A stretch of DNA of 64,000 bases. It comes from an uncultured Desulfospira sp. (GTDB lineage Bacteria; Desulfobacterota; Desulfobacteria; Desulfobacterales; Desulfobacteraceae). Made by a program: the position numbers and the translations under genes. The stretch spans positions 5,536,001 through 5,600,000 of the forward strand of contig OY760175.1 in the NCBI GenBank assembly GCA_963663165.1, read 5' to 3'. Below, in pieces: positions 1 to 9,419 of this stretch (the stretch's first letter is position 1; each line of letters begins with the position of its first letter). The notes under the pieces are model-generated. The model was not told where the DNA came from. It saw nothing but the letters and a program-made list of their open reading frames with translations, and ran no database searches.

Positions 1-3
1 AAA

Positions 4-498
4 GTGGACAACTACACCACAGTCACCGTTGATACGACCATCCGGGAAGCAGTGGGAAAGCTCATGGATTCCCTGGCCCAGCTGGCAAGCGGCAACTTGA
101 TCCGGGAGGCGGGCCACCGCGCTCTCATTGTGTTTGACAGTGACAACAATTATGCCGGGCTGCTGCGCATGAAAGACCTGATCCGGGAGGTAAGACCCGC
201 GTATCTGTCTGTTCCCGAATCCTCCAAGGCAGACAGTGTGCGGTTTTCCCACGTATTCACCGGGGGGTGGGACGGCCTTTTTTCCATCCAGATGAAGGCC
301 CTGGCCGATAAAAAAATCGGTGAGCTCACCCTGGATTCCCCACCCATGATCGATGAAAACGCGAACCTCATGGAGGTGGCGGACCTGCTGTTCAAAACCC
401 AGAGAACCCGCCTGATCGTTACATCGGGCAAAAAAATCGTGGGTATTCTCAGGGAGCAGGACCTTTTCTTTGAAATCGTAAGCATCGTCACCAGATGA
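4..498 (+). CDS. CBS-domain protein (may be 5'-partial)
   Basis: Two CBS-like motifs (TVTVDTTIREAV...YAGLLRMKDL; MIDENANLMEVA...IVGILREQDL); overlaps the start of the transporter gene. Confidence 0.8.
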   Translation: MDNYTTVTVDTTIREAVGKLMDSLAQLASGNLIREAGHRALIVFDSDNNYAGLLRMKDLIREVRPAYLSVPESSKADSVRFSHVFTGGWDGLFSIQMKALADKKIGELTLDSPPMIDENANLMEVADLLFKTQRTRLIVTSGKKIVGILREQDLFFEIVSIVTR

Positions 499-2009
499 CC
501 GGATTGGAGGAACTCATGAATCACGAACTGCATATTGCAAGCGCGGAAGAAGAAGCGGTAGCGGGAAAAGGCCAGAAATTTACCCTTAAATGGATTGCCA
601 TTGCCATTGCCGCAGGTGTTCTGGTCTGGCTGCTCCCCACCCCGGCAGACCTGGGGGCGCGGGGCCACGCCTTTCTGGCCCTTTTAACGACGGTTGTTCT
701 GTTGTGGACGTCCGAGGCCATTCCCATCGGCGTCACCTCAATCGGGGTGGGCTGCGGGCTGATCATTTTTAAGATTCAGTCCTCTAAAGCCGCGTGGGAA
801 CCTTATGCCAACAGAACCGTTGTCTTTGTTTTCTTTATCATCATGCTCGGGGTCATGCTCGGGCAGACCACCATCCCCAACCGGTTGATGGCATATATTC
901 TCAAAGTCGGCGGCAGAAATGTCAAACGCCTCAGTTTTACGCTGTGCATGGGAGCCACCTTTCTTGCAGCGTGGACCCATGATGCCACCATCACCATTAT
1001 CCTGCTCTATGCCATGATGCCCATGTTCCTGAAAATGGGGCTGACCCCTGAGAAGAGCAACAGCTTTACCAAGCATTTCATGTTTATGATCCCCCTGGGT
1101 GCGGCCTGTGGCGGCGGTGCAACCTTCCTGGGCTCGGGCCGTTCCCCGGCCTCGGCGGAACTGCTCTTCAAGATTACCGGTTACAACATCGGCTTCATGG
1201 AATACATGTTATACCAGTTTGTACCATCCCTGTTCCTGGGGCTGGCCACCTGGCTTGCGGTCTGGATCATCTATCCGCCGAAGGTCAAGGAGCTGCCCAT
1301 GGAGCTGGCCATTGAAAAAATGCCGCCCATGGGAAAAAAAGAAAAACAGCTCGCCTGGATTCTTGCCGGCACCTTTGTCCTCTGGTTTTTGACAGACATT
1401 ACAAAAATCCACGTCTCAGCCATTGGCGGCCTGTTTATTGTCGTATGCATGGTCTTTAACGTCGTGGACTGGAAGCGTTGTCTGGAGGAGTATCCCTGGA
1501 ACCCCATCATGGTGTTCGGCGCGGGATTCTCCCTGGGCGTGGCCATGCTCGACACCGGTGCCGGAAAATGGATTGCGACCCAGATTTTCCCGATCTTCAC
1601 GGGCTCTCCCTGGCCTGTGGTGGCGGCCGGTGCTTCCGCACTGAGTGCCCTGATTACCAGCTTCATGGCCAATGCGGCAGCCACGGCATTATTGGTGCCG
1701 GTGGTGGTGCCCATGGCAGACCTGGCCGGAACGCCTGCGGCGCCCATTGCCATGTCTGTTCCGCTGGCCACGACCTTTGTACTGCTGGTCATTGGCTGTC
1801 CTCCCACCCTGATTGCCTACGGCTTCGGGTATTTTTCCCAGTGGGAGGCGTTCAAGGTCCTGGTTTTCCGGTCCATCCTGGGCATTCTTGTCCTTTGCCT
1901 GTGCATGTCCCTGTGGTATCCGCTGGTCGGCATGCCGGGCAATATTGACAGTATGAAGACCCCGGCAAAACTGACCGTGTCGGGATATGAACTCATCCAA
2001 AGCAAGTAG
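495..2009 (+). CDS. DASS/SLC13-family anion:sodium symporter
   Basis: 504 aa, many TM helices; WTSEAIPIGVT, GGGATFLGSGRS, SFMANAAATALLVP and GCPPTLIAY motifs typical of DASS. Confidence 0.85.
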   Translation: MTGLEELMNHELHIASAEEEAVAGKGQKFTLKWIAIAIAAGVLVWLLPTPADLGARGHAFLALLTTVVLLWTSEAIPIGVTSIGVGCGLIIFKIQSSKAAWEPYANRTVVFVFFIIMLGVMLGQTTIPNRLMAYILKVGGRNVKRLSFTLCMGATFLAAWTHDATITIILLYAMMPMFLKMGLTPEKSNSFTKHFMFMIPLGAACGGGATFLGSGRSPASAELLFKITGYNIGFMEYMLYQFVPSLFLGLATWLAVWIIYPPKVKELPMELAIEKMPPMGKKEKQLAWILAGTFVLWFLTDITKIHVSAIGGLFIVVCMVFNVVDWKRCLEEYPWNPIMVFGAGFSLGVAMLDTGAGKWIATQIFPIFTGSPWPVVAAGASALSALITSFMANAAATALLVPVVVPMADLAGTPAAPIAMSVPLATTFVLLVIGCPPTLIAYGFGYFSQWEAFKVLVFRSILGILVLCLCMSLWYPLVGMPGNIDSMKTPAKLTVSGYELIQSK

Positions 2010-2066
2010 CGTATGAATAACGGCCCCGGCCCGTACAGGCATTTGTCCGGGCAGGGCCTTAACCAG

Positions 2067-2114
2067 GCCTGGAACCGTTATTGCGTGCGGCAACGGTTCC
2101 AGGCTTATTTTTTT
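2067..2114 (+). terminator. Rho-independent terminator after the transporter
   Basis: 13-bp stem GCCTGGAACCGTT/AACGGTTCCAGGC followed by TTATTTTTTT. Confidence 0.65.
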
Positions 2115-2285
2115 GTCCCCATTTATCTTTTCAGCTGGCTGCCCCCCCCCCATGTCCCAACCGTGTCGATTCAGGTTTTAATTGAAATTTACAAGGGCGG
2201 TGATTTCCCGATCAAACATGAATTAAGGTTGCTTTAATTAATTAGGTGGCATATAGCTAGCCAGCTAACCAAATACAGAGGGGCT

Positions 2286-2795
2286 ATGTTTTATTTGCTT
2301 GATCAACCAACGGAAAAAGAATTCCAGGACCTGGCCGGACGGTACACCCAGATGGCACCGCAGCCGGTTAAGACCATGCTCAACCTTTTGAAAACCGGCA
2401 GCGATCTGCTCACGGGGTTTGAAAAATTGCTAAGCGGCTATAATTTGTCCCAAGGCCGGTTTCTGGTGTTGATGGTCATGAACCGGAAACCCAGAGAACG
2501 GACAACCCCGTCTATATTATCACAGAAGATCGGGGTAACCCGCGCTACCATGACCCGCCTCATTGACGGGCTGGAGCGGGATGGTTTCCTGATGCGGCAC
2601 GCCCATTTGACCGACCGCCGCAAACAGCATTTGTCCCTCACCCTAAAGGGACAGCGGGTTCTGGAAAAATTGCTGCCCGACTACTGGTCCAGAATTGACC
2701 GGCTGATGAAAGGATTAGATGAGGCTGAACAGCAGACCCTGATAACCCTTCTGGATAAAGTAACCCAAGGTATTCCTGCCTTAACCAAAAAATAA
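2286..2795 (+). CDS. MarR-family transcriptional regulator
   Basis: LSQGRFLVL...TPSILSQKIGVTRATMTRLIDGLERDG...DRRKQHLSLTLKG wHTH signature. Confidence 0.9.
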   Translation: MFYLLDQPTEKEFQDLAGRYTQMAPQPVKTMLNLLKTGSDLLTGFEKLLSGYNLSQGRFLVLMVMNRKPRERTTPSILSQKIGVTRATMTRLIDGLERDGFLMRHAHLTDRRKQHLSLTLKGQRVLEKLLPDYWSRIDRLMKGLDEAEQQTLITLLDKVTQGIPALTKK

Positions 2796-2853
2796 ATCAT
2801 AACACGTTTAAGCGAAAACCGATCAAACCAAAACCGTTCATGAGGAGTTCCAC

Positions 2854-3951
2854 TTGCCCATACAAAAAATTATAATGATGGTAATGGCCGTTTTTTTTGC
2901 CATTGGCGCCATAGACCACCTGCTGGACAATCGCCTGGGATTTGGAAAAGAATTTGAGCGGGCCTTTTCGTTAATGGGAACAATTGCCCTTAATATTCTG
3001 GGCCTGATATCCATCTCTCCGGTCATAGCCCGCATGTTAAAACCGGTTGTTGTTCCTTTATACCAGTCTTTCGGCGCTGACGCGGCCATGTTTGCACCGA
3101 CGTTTTTGTCCGTGGATTCCGGCGGGTACTCAATCGCCACACAACTTGCCGCGGATCCCCAGGTCGGTCTGTTTGCCGGTGCCGTCATTGCCGCTTTGTT
3201 TGGGGCAAACATGTCTTTTACCATTCCCGTGGCCATCAGTATCATTGAAAAAGAGGATCATAAATTTTTCAGTGTGGGCGTCATGTCCGGTTTTATTGTC
3301 ATTCCCTTTGGCGGGTTCATCGGCGGTCTTGCCTGCGGCCTTCCCGCCGGCGTGATTTTGATTAATCTGATGCCCGTGACGGTTGTGGCCGTTGCGGTGA
3401 TTATCGGGCTTATTTTTTTCCCTGAAAAAATGATAAAAATGTTCACCATCTTTGCCAAATTTATCCATATCATCATCATTTTCGGCCTGACGGCTGCGGT
3501 GATTGAGCAGATGACCGGTTTTGCCGTCATCAAGGGAATGAACCCGTTAGCGGCATCCATGAAAATTTTAGGGAACATAACGATCATCCTGGCCGGCACC
3601 ATGTCGTTTATTTATGGATTCATGAAAGTTTTTAAAACGCCTTTGGATAAAATCGCTGAATTGACCGGGATAACGGATTTATCTGTTTTGTCCATGCTGT
3701 TGTCCTTGGCCACCCTGATTCCGGGATTTGTCTATTTGAAAGATATGAACGACAAAGGCAAAATAATTTTTGGCGCCTTTGCGGCCACCACAGCCAATAT
3801 TTTCGGGGCTCACCTTGGGTTTATTTCAGCGGTAAGCCCTGAAATGGTCGCCCCCATGATTACCGCCAAAGTTGCTGCAGGCGTCGTCGCCCTGCCCATT
3901 GCCGCATTGCTTTACAAACGGATATTCCTCTCTAAAAAGGAAGGGCTGTAA
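2854..3951 (+). CDS. eutH: Ethanolamine utilization membrane protein EutH-like
   Basis: 365 aa hydrophobic; GAIDHLLDNRLGFGKEFE, D-GGY, FTIPVA, FGAHLGF motifs. Confidence 0.8.
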   Translation: MPIQKIIMMVMAVFFAIGAIDHLLDNRLGFGKEFERAFSLMGTIALNILGLISISPVIARMLKPVVVPLYQSFGADAAMFAPTFLSVDSGGYSIATQLAADPQVGLFAGAVIAALFGANMSFTIPVAISIIEKEDHKFFSVGVMSGFIVIPFGGFIGGLACGLPAGVILINLMPVTVVAVAVIIGLIFFPEKMIKMFTIFAKFIHIIIIFGLTAAVIEQMTGFAVIKGMNPLAASMKILGNITIILAGTMSFIYGFMKVFKTPLDKIAELTGITDLSVLSMLLSLATLIPGFVYLKDMNDKGKIIFGAFAATTANIFGAHLGFISAVSPEMVAPMITAKVAAGVVALPIAALLYKRIFLSKKEGL

Positions 3952-4065
3952 GTGGGGGGTTAAACTCAGCCGGGGAAAGGTCCTGTTTTCTTTACAAAAA
4001 TGGGGCCGCTAAGAGCGGTTTTTGTATACTATAGAAAATTTTAACATATTAAAAATAAGTGGTTG

Positions 4066-4099
4066 TAATGATCTGCCTGGTTCGACCTGCAGCGGATTG
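4066..4099 (-). repeat. Left arm (spacer/L'') of the terminal attC, cut at R'' by the recombinase-IS91 unit
   Basis: Plus strand GGTTCGACCTGCAGCGGATTG resembles the array attC arm GGTCGGCCTGCAGCGTTTTG; joined to TTCTGC at 6425 it restores an R'' box just after the brnA stop; no clear right arm. Confidence 0.6.
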
Positions 4100-4209
4100 T
4101 TGAACGAAGCCGCTACCGCGGCGGAAAAAGTCAAAGTTGTGTATACTCCGTTGGGGTTTTCCTGTGCAGGGCATCCCGAATATCAATTTAATTTAAGGAG
4201 GAGTATACC

Positions 4210-5113
4210 ATGAACGAATCCGAAGTAAACCGTTTTAACAAGCTCTATGAACGCCATTTGAAAACCCTGAAACTTCAGGGAAAGTCTGAAAAAACCATTG
4301 ATGCCTACTCCCGGGCCATTCGCCGGGTAAGAGACTATTTTGACTGTTGCCCTGACAAACTTAAACCAGAACAACTCGAAAATTATTTTGCTGACCTGGT
4401 CGAGTCCCATTCGTGGAGCACGGTTAAAATTGATCGTCTGGGACTTCAGCATTTCTGGAAATTCGTTTTAAAAAAGGAATGGAATTGGTTGAATATTGTC
4501 AAGCCGCCCAAAGTTAAAACCATCCCGGATATTTTGACTCCCGGCGAGGTGGAACATCTGATCGGCGCAACGCGTAAACTGCGCTACCGGGTTTTCCTGC
4601 TGACAAACTATTCAATGGGCCTGCGTCTGGCAGAGACACTGTCCTTGCAAGTGGGGGATATTGATTCGGTACGAAAACTTGTCCATATCCGGAGGGGAAA
4701 AGGCCATAAAGACCGGTTGGTCCCATTACCGGACCGTACCCTGATCGGACTGCGGGAACTATGGAAAAGACATCAACACCCCAGCCTTCTTTTCCCCAAT
4801 GCTAAAGGCTCACTGGAAACCATTCAAAAGGCCAAATCCCATATGGACCGGGGTGGTGTCCAAAATGCCATGAAGGCTGTGGTGGCCGATTGCGGCATAA
4901 AAAAAAGTCTCCATACACTCTTTGCGCCACAGCTTTGCAACTCACCTGCTTGAAAACGGCTTAAGCCTTCGCCACATCCAGGCCCTTCTCGGCCATGCCC
5001 GGCCTGAAACAACCGCCCGTTACGCCCATCTCACTGAGATCACGGAAAAGGACTGCAGGACAACCATTAACGAACTGGTCAACACCATTCATGTAGATTT
5101 TTGGAAGGTGTAA
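4210..5113 (+). CDS. Tyrosine recombinase split by a +1 frameshift at an A8 run (~4899-4906)
   Basis: SAM-like N-terminus ([11 protein letters not shown]), [30 protein letters not shown]...LLGH...TTARY lies in the next frame (4922..5113). Confidence 0.85.
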
Positions 5114-5115
5114 TT

Positions 5116-6159
5116 ATGCGACTTTCTCATATCATTGAAGAGTATTATGATGCATTCCAGACCCGTTACGGGGACAAGGCGTTGCCGGGGCAGATTAATG
5201 CCTTAAACGCCATGCTCAGTTGCCGCACACCAGATGCCGGACAGATTTATACGGCCTGCCCGGACTGCAATCATCTACAACAGCACCCTCTCTCCTGCGG
5301 TAACCGGCATTGCCCCCATTGCCAGAACCATGAAACAAGTCAATGGATCGACCGGCAACAAAATAAACTGCTGCCGGTCCAGTATTTCATGGTGACTTTT
5401 ACCTTGCCCTGTCAGTTCAGAGATGTGGCATATCTGAATCAACGGGCAGTTTATTCTCTGATGTTTTCATGTGTATCCGGCACTTTGAAAGATTTTGGGC
5501 TCAACCCCCGGCACCTTGGTGCTCAGATCGGTATGACCATGGTCCTTCACACCAATAGCAGAAAATTGGATTTTCATCCGCATATTCACGTAATTGTTCC
5601 AGGTGGCGGTGTTGATCCATCCAGACGGCAATGGAAAAAGAAAAAAGGCAAGTATTTGTTTAACCAGAAAGCCCTGGCCAAGGTTTTCCGGGCACGTTTC
5701 CTGGATGGATTGAACAAAAAAAATTTGCCGATTCCCAAAGGTGCTCGTCCCAAATGGGTTGTTGATTGTGAGAGGGTTGGAGCAGGTCTCTCTGCCCTGA
5801 AGTATCTGTCCAGGTATTTATACAGGGGAGTGATCAGCGAGCGTAATATTATTGCCAACCAGAACGGTCAGGTTACCTTCAGGTATATTGACGGCAAAAC
5901 CAAAAAAGTATGTACGCGAACCCTTAACGGCGAAGATTTCCTGCGCCTGATCCTGCTTCATGTATTGCCCCGGGGATTTCGCAGGGCAAGGGATTACGGT
6001 TTTCTTCATGGGAATGCCAAAAAACTGCTCTTTCTGGTACAGATGATTCTCCACGTACGGATTACGGCAATAGTGCGTCGGCCAAGGCCTGTGTTTAAAT
6101 GCCCCCATTGCGGGCAGCCTATGAAAATCCTGGGAATAAAACCTGCCGGTGCGGGATAG
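5116..6159 (+). CDS. IS91-family rolling-circle (Y2/HUH) transposase
   Basis: Zn-binding SCGNRHCPHC, VTFTLP, HUH motif FHPHIHVIVPGGG, YLSRYL, HVLPRGFRRARDYG. Confidence 0.92.
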   Translation: MRLSHIIEEYYDAFQTRYGDKALPGQINALNAMLSCRTPDAGQIYTACPDCNHLQQHPLSCGNRHCPHCQNHETSQWIDRQQNKLLPVQYFMVTFTLPCQFRDVAYLNQRAVYSLMFSCVSGTLKDFGLNPRHLGAQIGMTMVLHTNSRKLDFHPHIHVIVPGGGVDPSRRQWKKKKGKYLFNQKALAKVFRARFLDGLNKKNLPIPKGARPKWVVDCERVGAGLSALKYLSRYLYRGVISERNIIANQNGQVTFRYIDGKTKKVCTRTLNGEDFLRLILLHVLPRGFRRARDYGFLHGNAKKLLFLVQMILHVRITAIVRRPRPVFKCPHCGQPMKILGIKPAGAG

Positions 6160-6369
6160 GAAAAACAAAAGGTAGAAACCAAATCTCAATTTAACTGGAG
6201 GAGAGCAACGCTATGAAATAATCCGGCTTTTTTTAGAAAGCCCTGAAAAGGGCTATGCTACAGGTGCGCCTTATCTCCGATGGCCGAAAACCAAACTACT
6301 TCCAGCCGCTTAATCTCCAAAAAGATATTTTCATATATAGGGAAAGCCCGGTTCATTTTGGCCGGGCTT

Positions 6370-6430
6370 GTTCAACAATCGGATAAGATCGTGGTTTGTT
6401 CCTCACACGATCTATCCTTATTCGTTCTGC
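6370..6430 (+). repeat. Short attC-like hairpin at the element's right end, opposite in orientation to the array attCs
   Basis: GTTCAAC-AATCG-GATAAGATCGTG...CACGATCTATC-CTTATTC-GTTCTGC, with one unpaired base in the left L box. Confidence 0.65.
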
Positions 6431-6433
6431 TCA

Positions 6434-6700
6434 TTAGTACCGCATTTCCGAGTCGATACGTTCAGAAAGAAAAACCTTTAAAAGAGACTGATACGGAACA
6501 TCCTTTTTGTTTGCCAATACTTTCAAATCCTCAATCATGGATTCAGGCAACCGGATAGAAATTTTCCGAGTTGAAGGTTTTAGTTTCGAAAACACAACAT
6601 TCTCTGCATCAGACCAATCCATATAATCAGAAGAATCATTTTCTTGCCAAAATTTGCGTTCTTCGGCTTCACTGCTAAATTCAGGTATTTTCTTTTTCAT
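6434..6700 (-). CDS. BrnA/CopG-type antitoxin (cassette)
   Basis: IPEFSSEAEERKFW...ISIRLP...KDVPYQSLLK. Confidence 0.8.
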   Translation of the reverse strand: MKKKIPEFSSEAEERKFWQENDSSDYMDWSDAENVVFSKLKPSTRKISIRLPESMIEDLKVLANKKDVPYQSLLKVFLSERIDSEMRY

Positions 6701-6903
6701 CTTAGATACCTTTCCATTTCCGCATCGGTCATATCCCGAGCGGATATGATTCTTATTTTATCGTTTCGAATGGTGAAAACAGCAAAAAATAAACGATTCA
6801 TCTCAGTTCGACCAAGCACGTAATAGCGGTCTTCAATAATAGAATGGTGCTTATCATATTTGATTATAAGCGGTCTGTTGAAGAAAATTTGTTCACATTC
6901 CAA
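6697..6903 (-). pseudogene. BrnT-family toxin, 5' end deleted and fused to intron sequence
   Basis: ECEQIFFNRP...EDRYYVLGRT...IRIISARDM; sequence above ~6904 is group II intron, not toxin. Confidence 0.75.
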
Positions 6904-7362
6904 TACGGTTTCACCTGCCGAATGATCCCGGCGAAGATACGGGGTTTCCACGTTCCACACTATTGCCAATTAGTGGATGACTTAGGCCTGCCCTCTGCAC
7001 CGGCGGCGCAACATCTCACGCGGCAGTTAGGAAACCTGCATCCTGACCGCTCACCTTTTGGTCCAAGCTTACCAGCCTCTTTAGCTTGTTCTCCCTGACG
7101 GTACTTACGGAACATTCAACTACTTTGACCATATCATCCAAACCCTTGCCCTCACCCGGATTGAGGCTTCCAGGAGGGTATCTGCCTCACGGCTTCCACC
7201 CCTTCCACAGTTGCGGAATTCGGTACGTTGTCGGTTGGGCTTCACACCGTTGCCGGATGCACCGACCACCGCATGCCACCTAGGGTACCGGCAGGAGAAT
7301 GCCGGGTTTGGTCAGGACCGACTGGCCCGCCAAACAGCCAATAATGCGACTTCGTGTCGCAC
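6904..7362 (-). mobile_element. Group II intron 5' fragment (copy A)
   Basis: GTGCGACACGAAGTCGC 5' end at 7362; nearly identical to ~38953-39411. Confidence 0.85.
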
Positions 7363-7488
7363 CCCGAACGATAAGCTCAGCCGACCGGGGGCAAGTCGCC
7401 GAGCGCGTTGTAAAAGCCAAATCCTTTCATAAACCAAGGTCTTTGAAAAGTCGATAGACCCCGGGGTCGGCTGGAGCGGTTGTTAGCC
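7363..7488 (-). repeat. attC site (type A)
   Basis: GGCTAAC-AACC-GCTCCAGCCGACC...GGTCGGCTGAGC-TTATC-GTTCGGG imperfect palindrome. Confidence 0.85.
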
Positions 7489-7892
7489 ATTTGTTGTGTT
7501 CAATTATTCTTCGTATTCTATTTTTTTGGCGTTATATCTTTTAGATCCTGTTCTTTTTTATCATCCAAAACGACATGCACTATCTCACCATCAAGTTCAC
7601 CAAAATTTATAGCTTTCATATCGACTTGCCTTATACGTCGATTGTGCTGTGTGTGGTAATTCAATGTCAAGTCTTTAAGGTTCCAGGCAGTGCTGACGCA
7701 TGAATAAAAAAAGGTTGGCTTTAGTCGATCTAACCACTCCCTTTGGGGGGAGATCCAGCCTTTTTTAATTCAAAAAGGCAGTCCTTCAGACACTGACTAT
7801 GGCCGAAACGAAAGACGGTCCTTCGGTCCGAACATAGCGTTCCCACCTCTCTGCTTGGGAGAGTGTTTTCGATTACCCGTCCGTCGTTGCCG

Positions 7893-9419
7893 TCATACTA
7901 ATCGGAGTTGAAAGGGAGTGGACAGACGATCTTCCAGCCACATGTAATCCAGCCACGGGCCGGACATGGTATCCCGGACTAAACGAATCAGGCCCCGTGC
8001 GCCGGTATCTTCAATAATCCTGGCAAGCCGCTGCGAGTATCTGGCCAAAACGTTAAACATATGGCCCAGGCGCATCAAGGCATGATACCCCTTCATGACG
8101 TTCCAATCATACGAAAAACAGTGCTCGTACTCATATCCATGATGTTTCTCAACGAGAATACCGGTTTCAATACACCAACGGGAACGGGCGGCTATGTTGC
8201 ATCGTTCGTGAAGATTAAATCTGTCCAAAGGTTCGCTGGACAACCACACATGACGACTATTTTTCTTTTCCGGTTGACCGCTTTCCCGGCTAACCTCTTT
8301 CCAGCTCTCTTTGCATTCAACAACGTGCAGGATTTGACTTTTCTTGCCGTTCGGACCAAACCGGTAGTCAATGGCGTTGATCCACCGAAAAACCTGTTTC
8401 CTATTGCCCCATGTGTGTTGGTGGCAGTTTTCTGTATCGAGTGCGGCAAGCGTTTCAAATTCATTCATTACGCTGGGTAGAGCGTCATCTTTCAGTACAA
8501 TCATGAACTGCCATTTGTTTGTTCGGCAAATTTCTGCCACGGGGCCCTTGGCATAAAGCCCATCCAAAAGCACCATAATTTTTAGGGCGGGAAATGCCGC
8601 CTTCAGGCAAGAGGCTAACCGGTAAAACGCCTTGAGTTCGCAGTCCTGCTTATCATTAGCGGTATCTCCTTCGGTGTAGCTCAGGATTTCGCTTATCAGC
8701 GGAATGCTCATGCCATCGGAAAACGCAAGATTAGCTTCCAGAACATAGACATGATACTGTTTCCTGGTGCCATCCTCTTTCTTGATGTTACGTTCCAGGC
8801 ACTCTTCATCCCAAAGCCAGTCGCGTTTGAATTTACCGGTACCATCTATGGCAATCGGATAACAGCCATTGACCAGGTACCGTCGAAATTTCTTTTTCCG
8901 GATCAGATCTCTGACCAGATCGAGATGAAGCTTCTTGATTTGATTGATATCAATCTTAGACAATAGGCGTTTTAACGTATCATGATGGGGAAGCGTTTCA
9001 AGCTCCGGGAAAAAATATTGAAGATTCTTCCAGAACATCGGCCGGCTCATTTCTTTGTTGGCCTCACGGCAAGAAGCCATCTGAAACACAAAGGTCAGTA
9101 TCCCATAGATCATGAGTGTGGATATTTGGTGTTTTATCTTCTTAGGGTTTCGAGGGTCTTCAATCTTGGCCATACGTTTGAGCAGAATTGGCAGCTTAGC
9201 GCGAAAAATACTCATTTTCTCAGCCACGGCCTCATTGCGGATGCGCCCCTCCTGTTCTACACTTTCATATCGGCATTTGCAGTTAGAAATTGTGCCATGA
9301 GAGGGCGGCTGAAATCCCCTGGCCTCTTCATCCCGACGTAATTTTCTCTGCTCCTTTTTAAACTGCTTTCTTTTGGCCTTTATCTCCTCACGATTGGGGC
9401 GTCGGCTAGGCTTGCTCAT
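7893..9419 (-). CDS. DDE transposase (ISAs1/IS4-like, ISNCY-type)
   Basis: IEDPRNP, IAIDGT, LLDGLY, ARSRWCIE motifs. Confidence 0.85.
   Translation of the reverse strand: MSKPSRRPNREEIKAKRKQFKKEQRKLRRDEEARGFQPPSHGTISNCKCRYESVEQEGRIRNEAVAEKMSIFRAKLPILLKRMAKIEDPRNPKKIKHQISTLMIYGILTFVFQMASCREANKEMSRPMFWKNLQYFFPELETLPHHDTLKRLLSKIDINQIKKLHLDLVRDLIRKKKFRRYLVNGCYPIAIDGTGKFKRDWLWDEECLERNIKKEDGTRKQYHVYVLEANLAFSDGMSIPLISEILSYTEGDTANDKQDCELKAFYRLASCLKAAFPALKIMVLLDGLYAKGPVAEICRTNKWQFMIVLKDDALPSVMNEFETLAALDTENCHQHTWGNRKQVFRWINAIDYRFGPNGKKSQILHVVECKESWKEVSRESGQPEKKNSRHVWLSSEPLDRFNLHERCNIAARSRWCIETGILVEKHHGYEYEHCFSYDWNVMKGYHALMRLGHMFNVLARYSQRLARIIEDTGARGLIRLVRDTMSGPWLDYMWLEDRLSTPFQLRLV

Larger units (their letters stand above)
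4100..6424 (+). mobile_element. Tyrosine recombinase + IS91-like transposase element with cassette-like boundaries
   Basis: Starts G|TTGAAC (4099) and ends with an attC-like hairpin whose R'' GTTCAAC (6370) is the exact complement, then G|TTCTGC (6424). Confidence 0.75.

Noticed and set aside
4210..5113. Recombinase as the integron integrase IntI
   Set aside because: It lacks the IntI-specific insertion before the LFP motif, is coupled to an IS91 transposase, and sits at the distal end of the array
6844..7432. Recurring short ORFs (MFSLTVLTEH..., MRNSVRCRLG...; also near 30 kb, 39 kb and 41.5 kb)
   Set aside because: They are antisense translations of repeated group II intron RNA sequence
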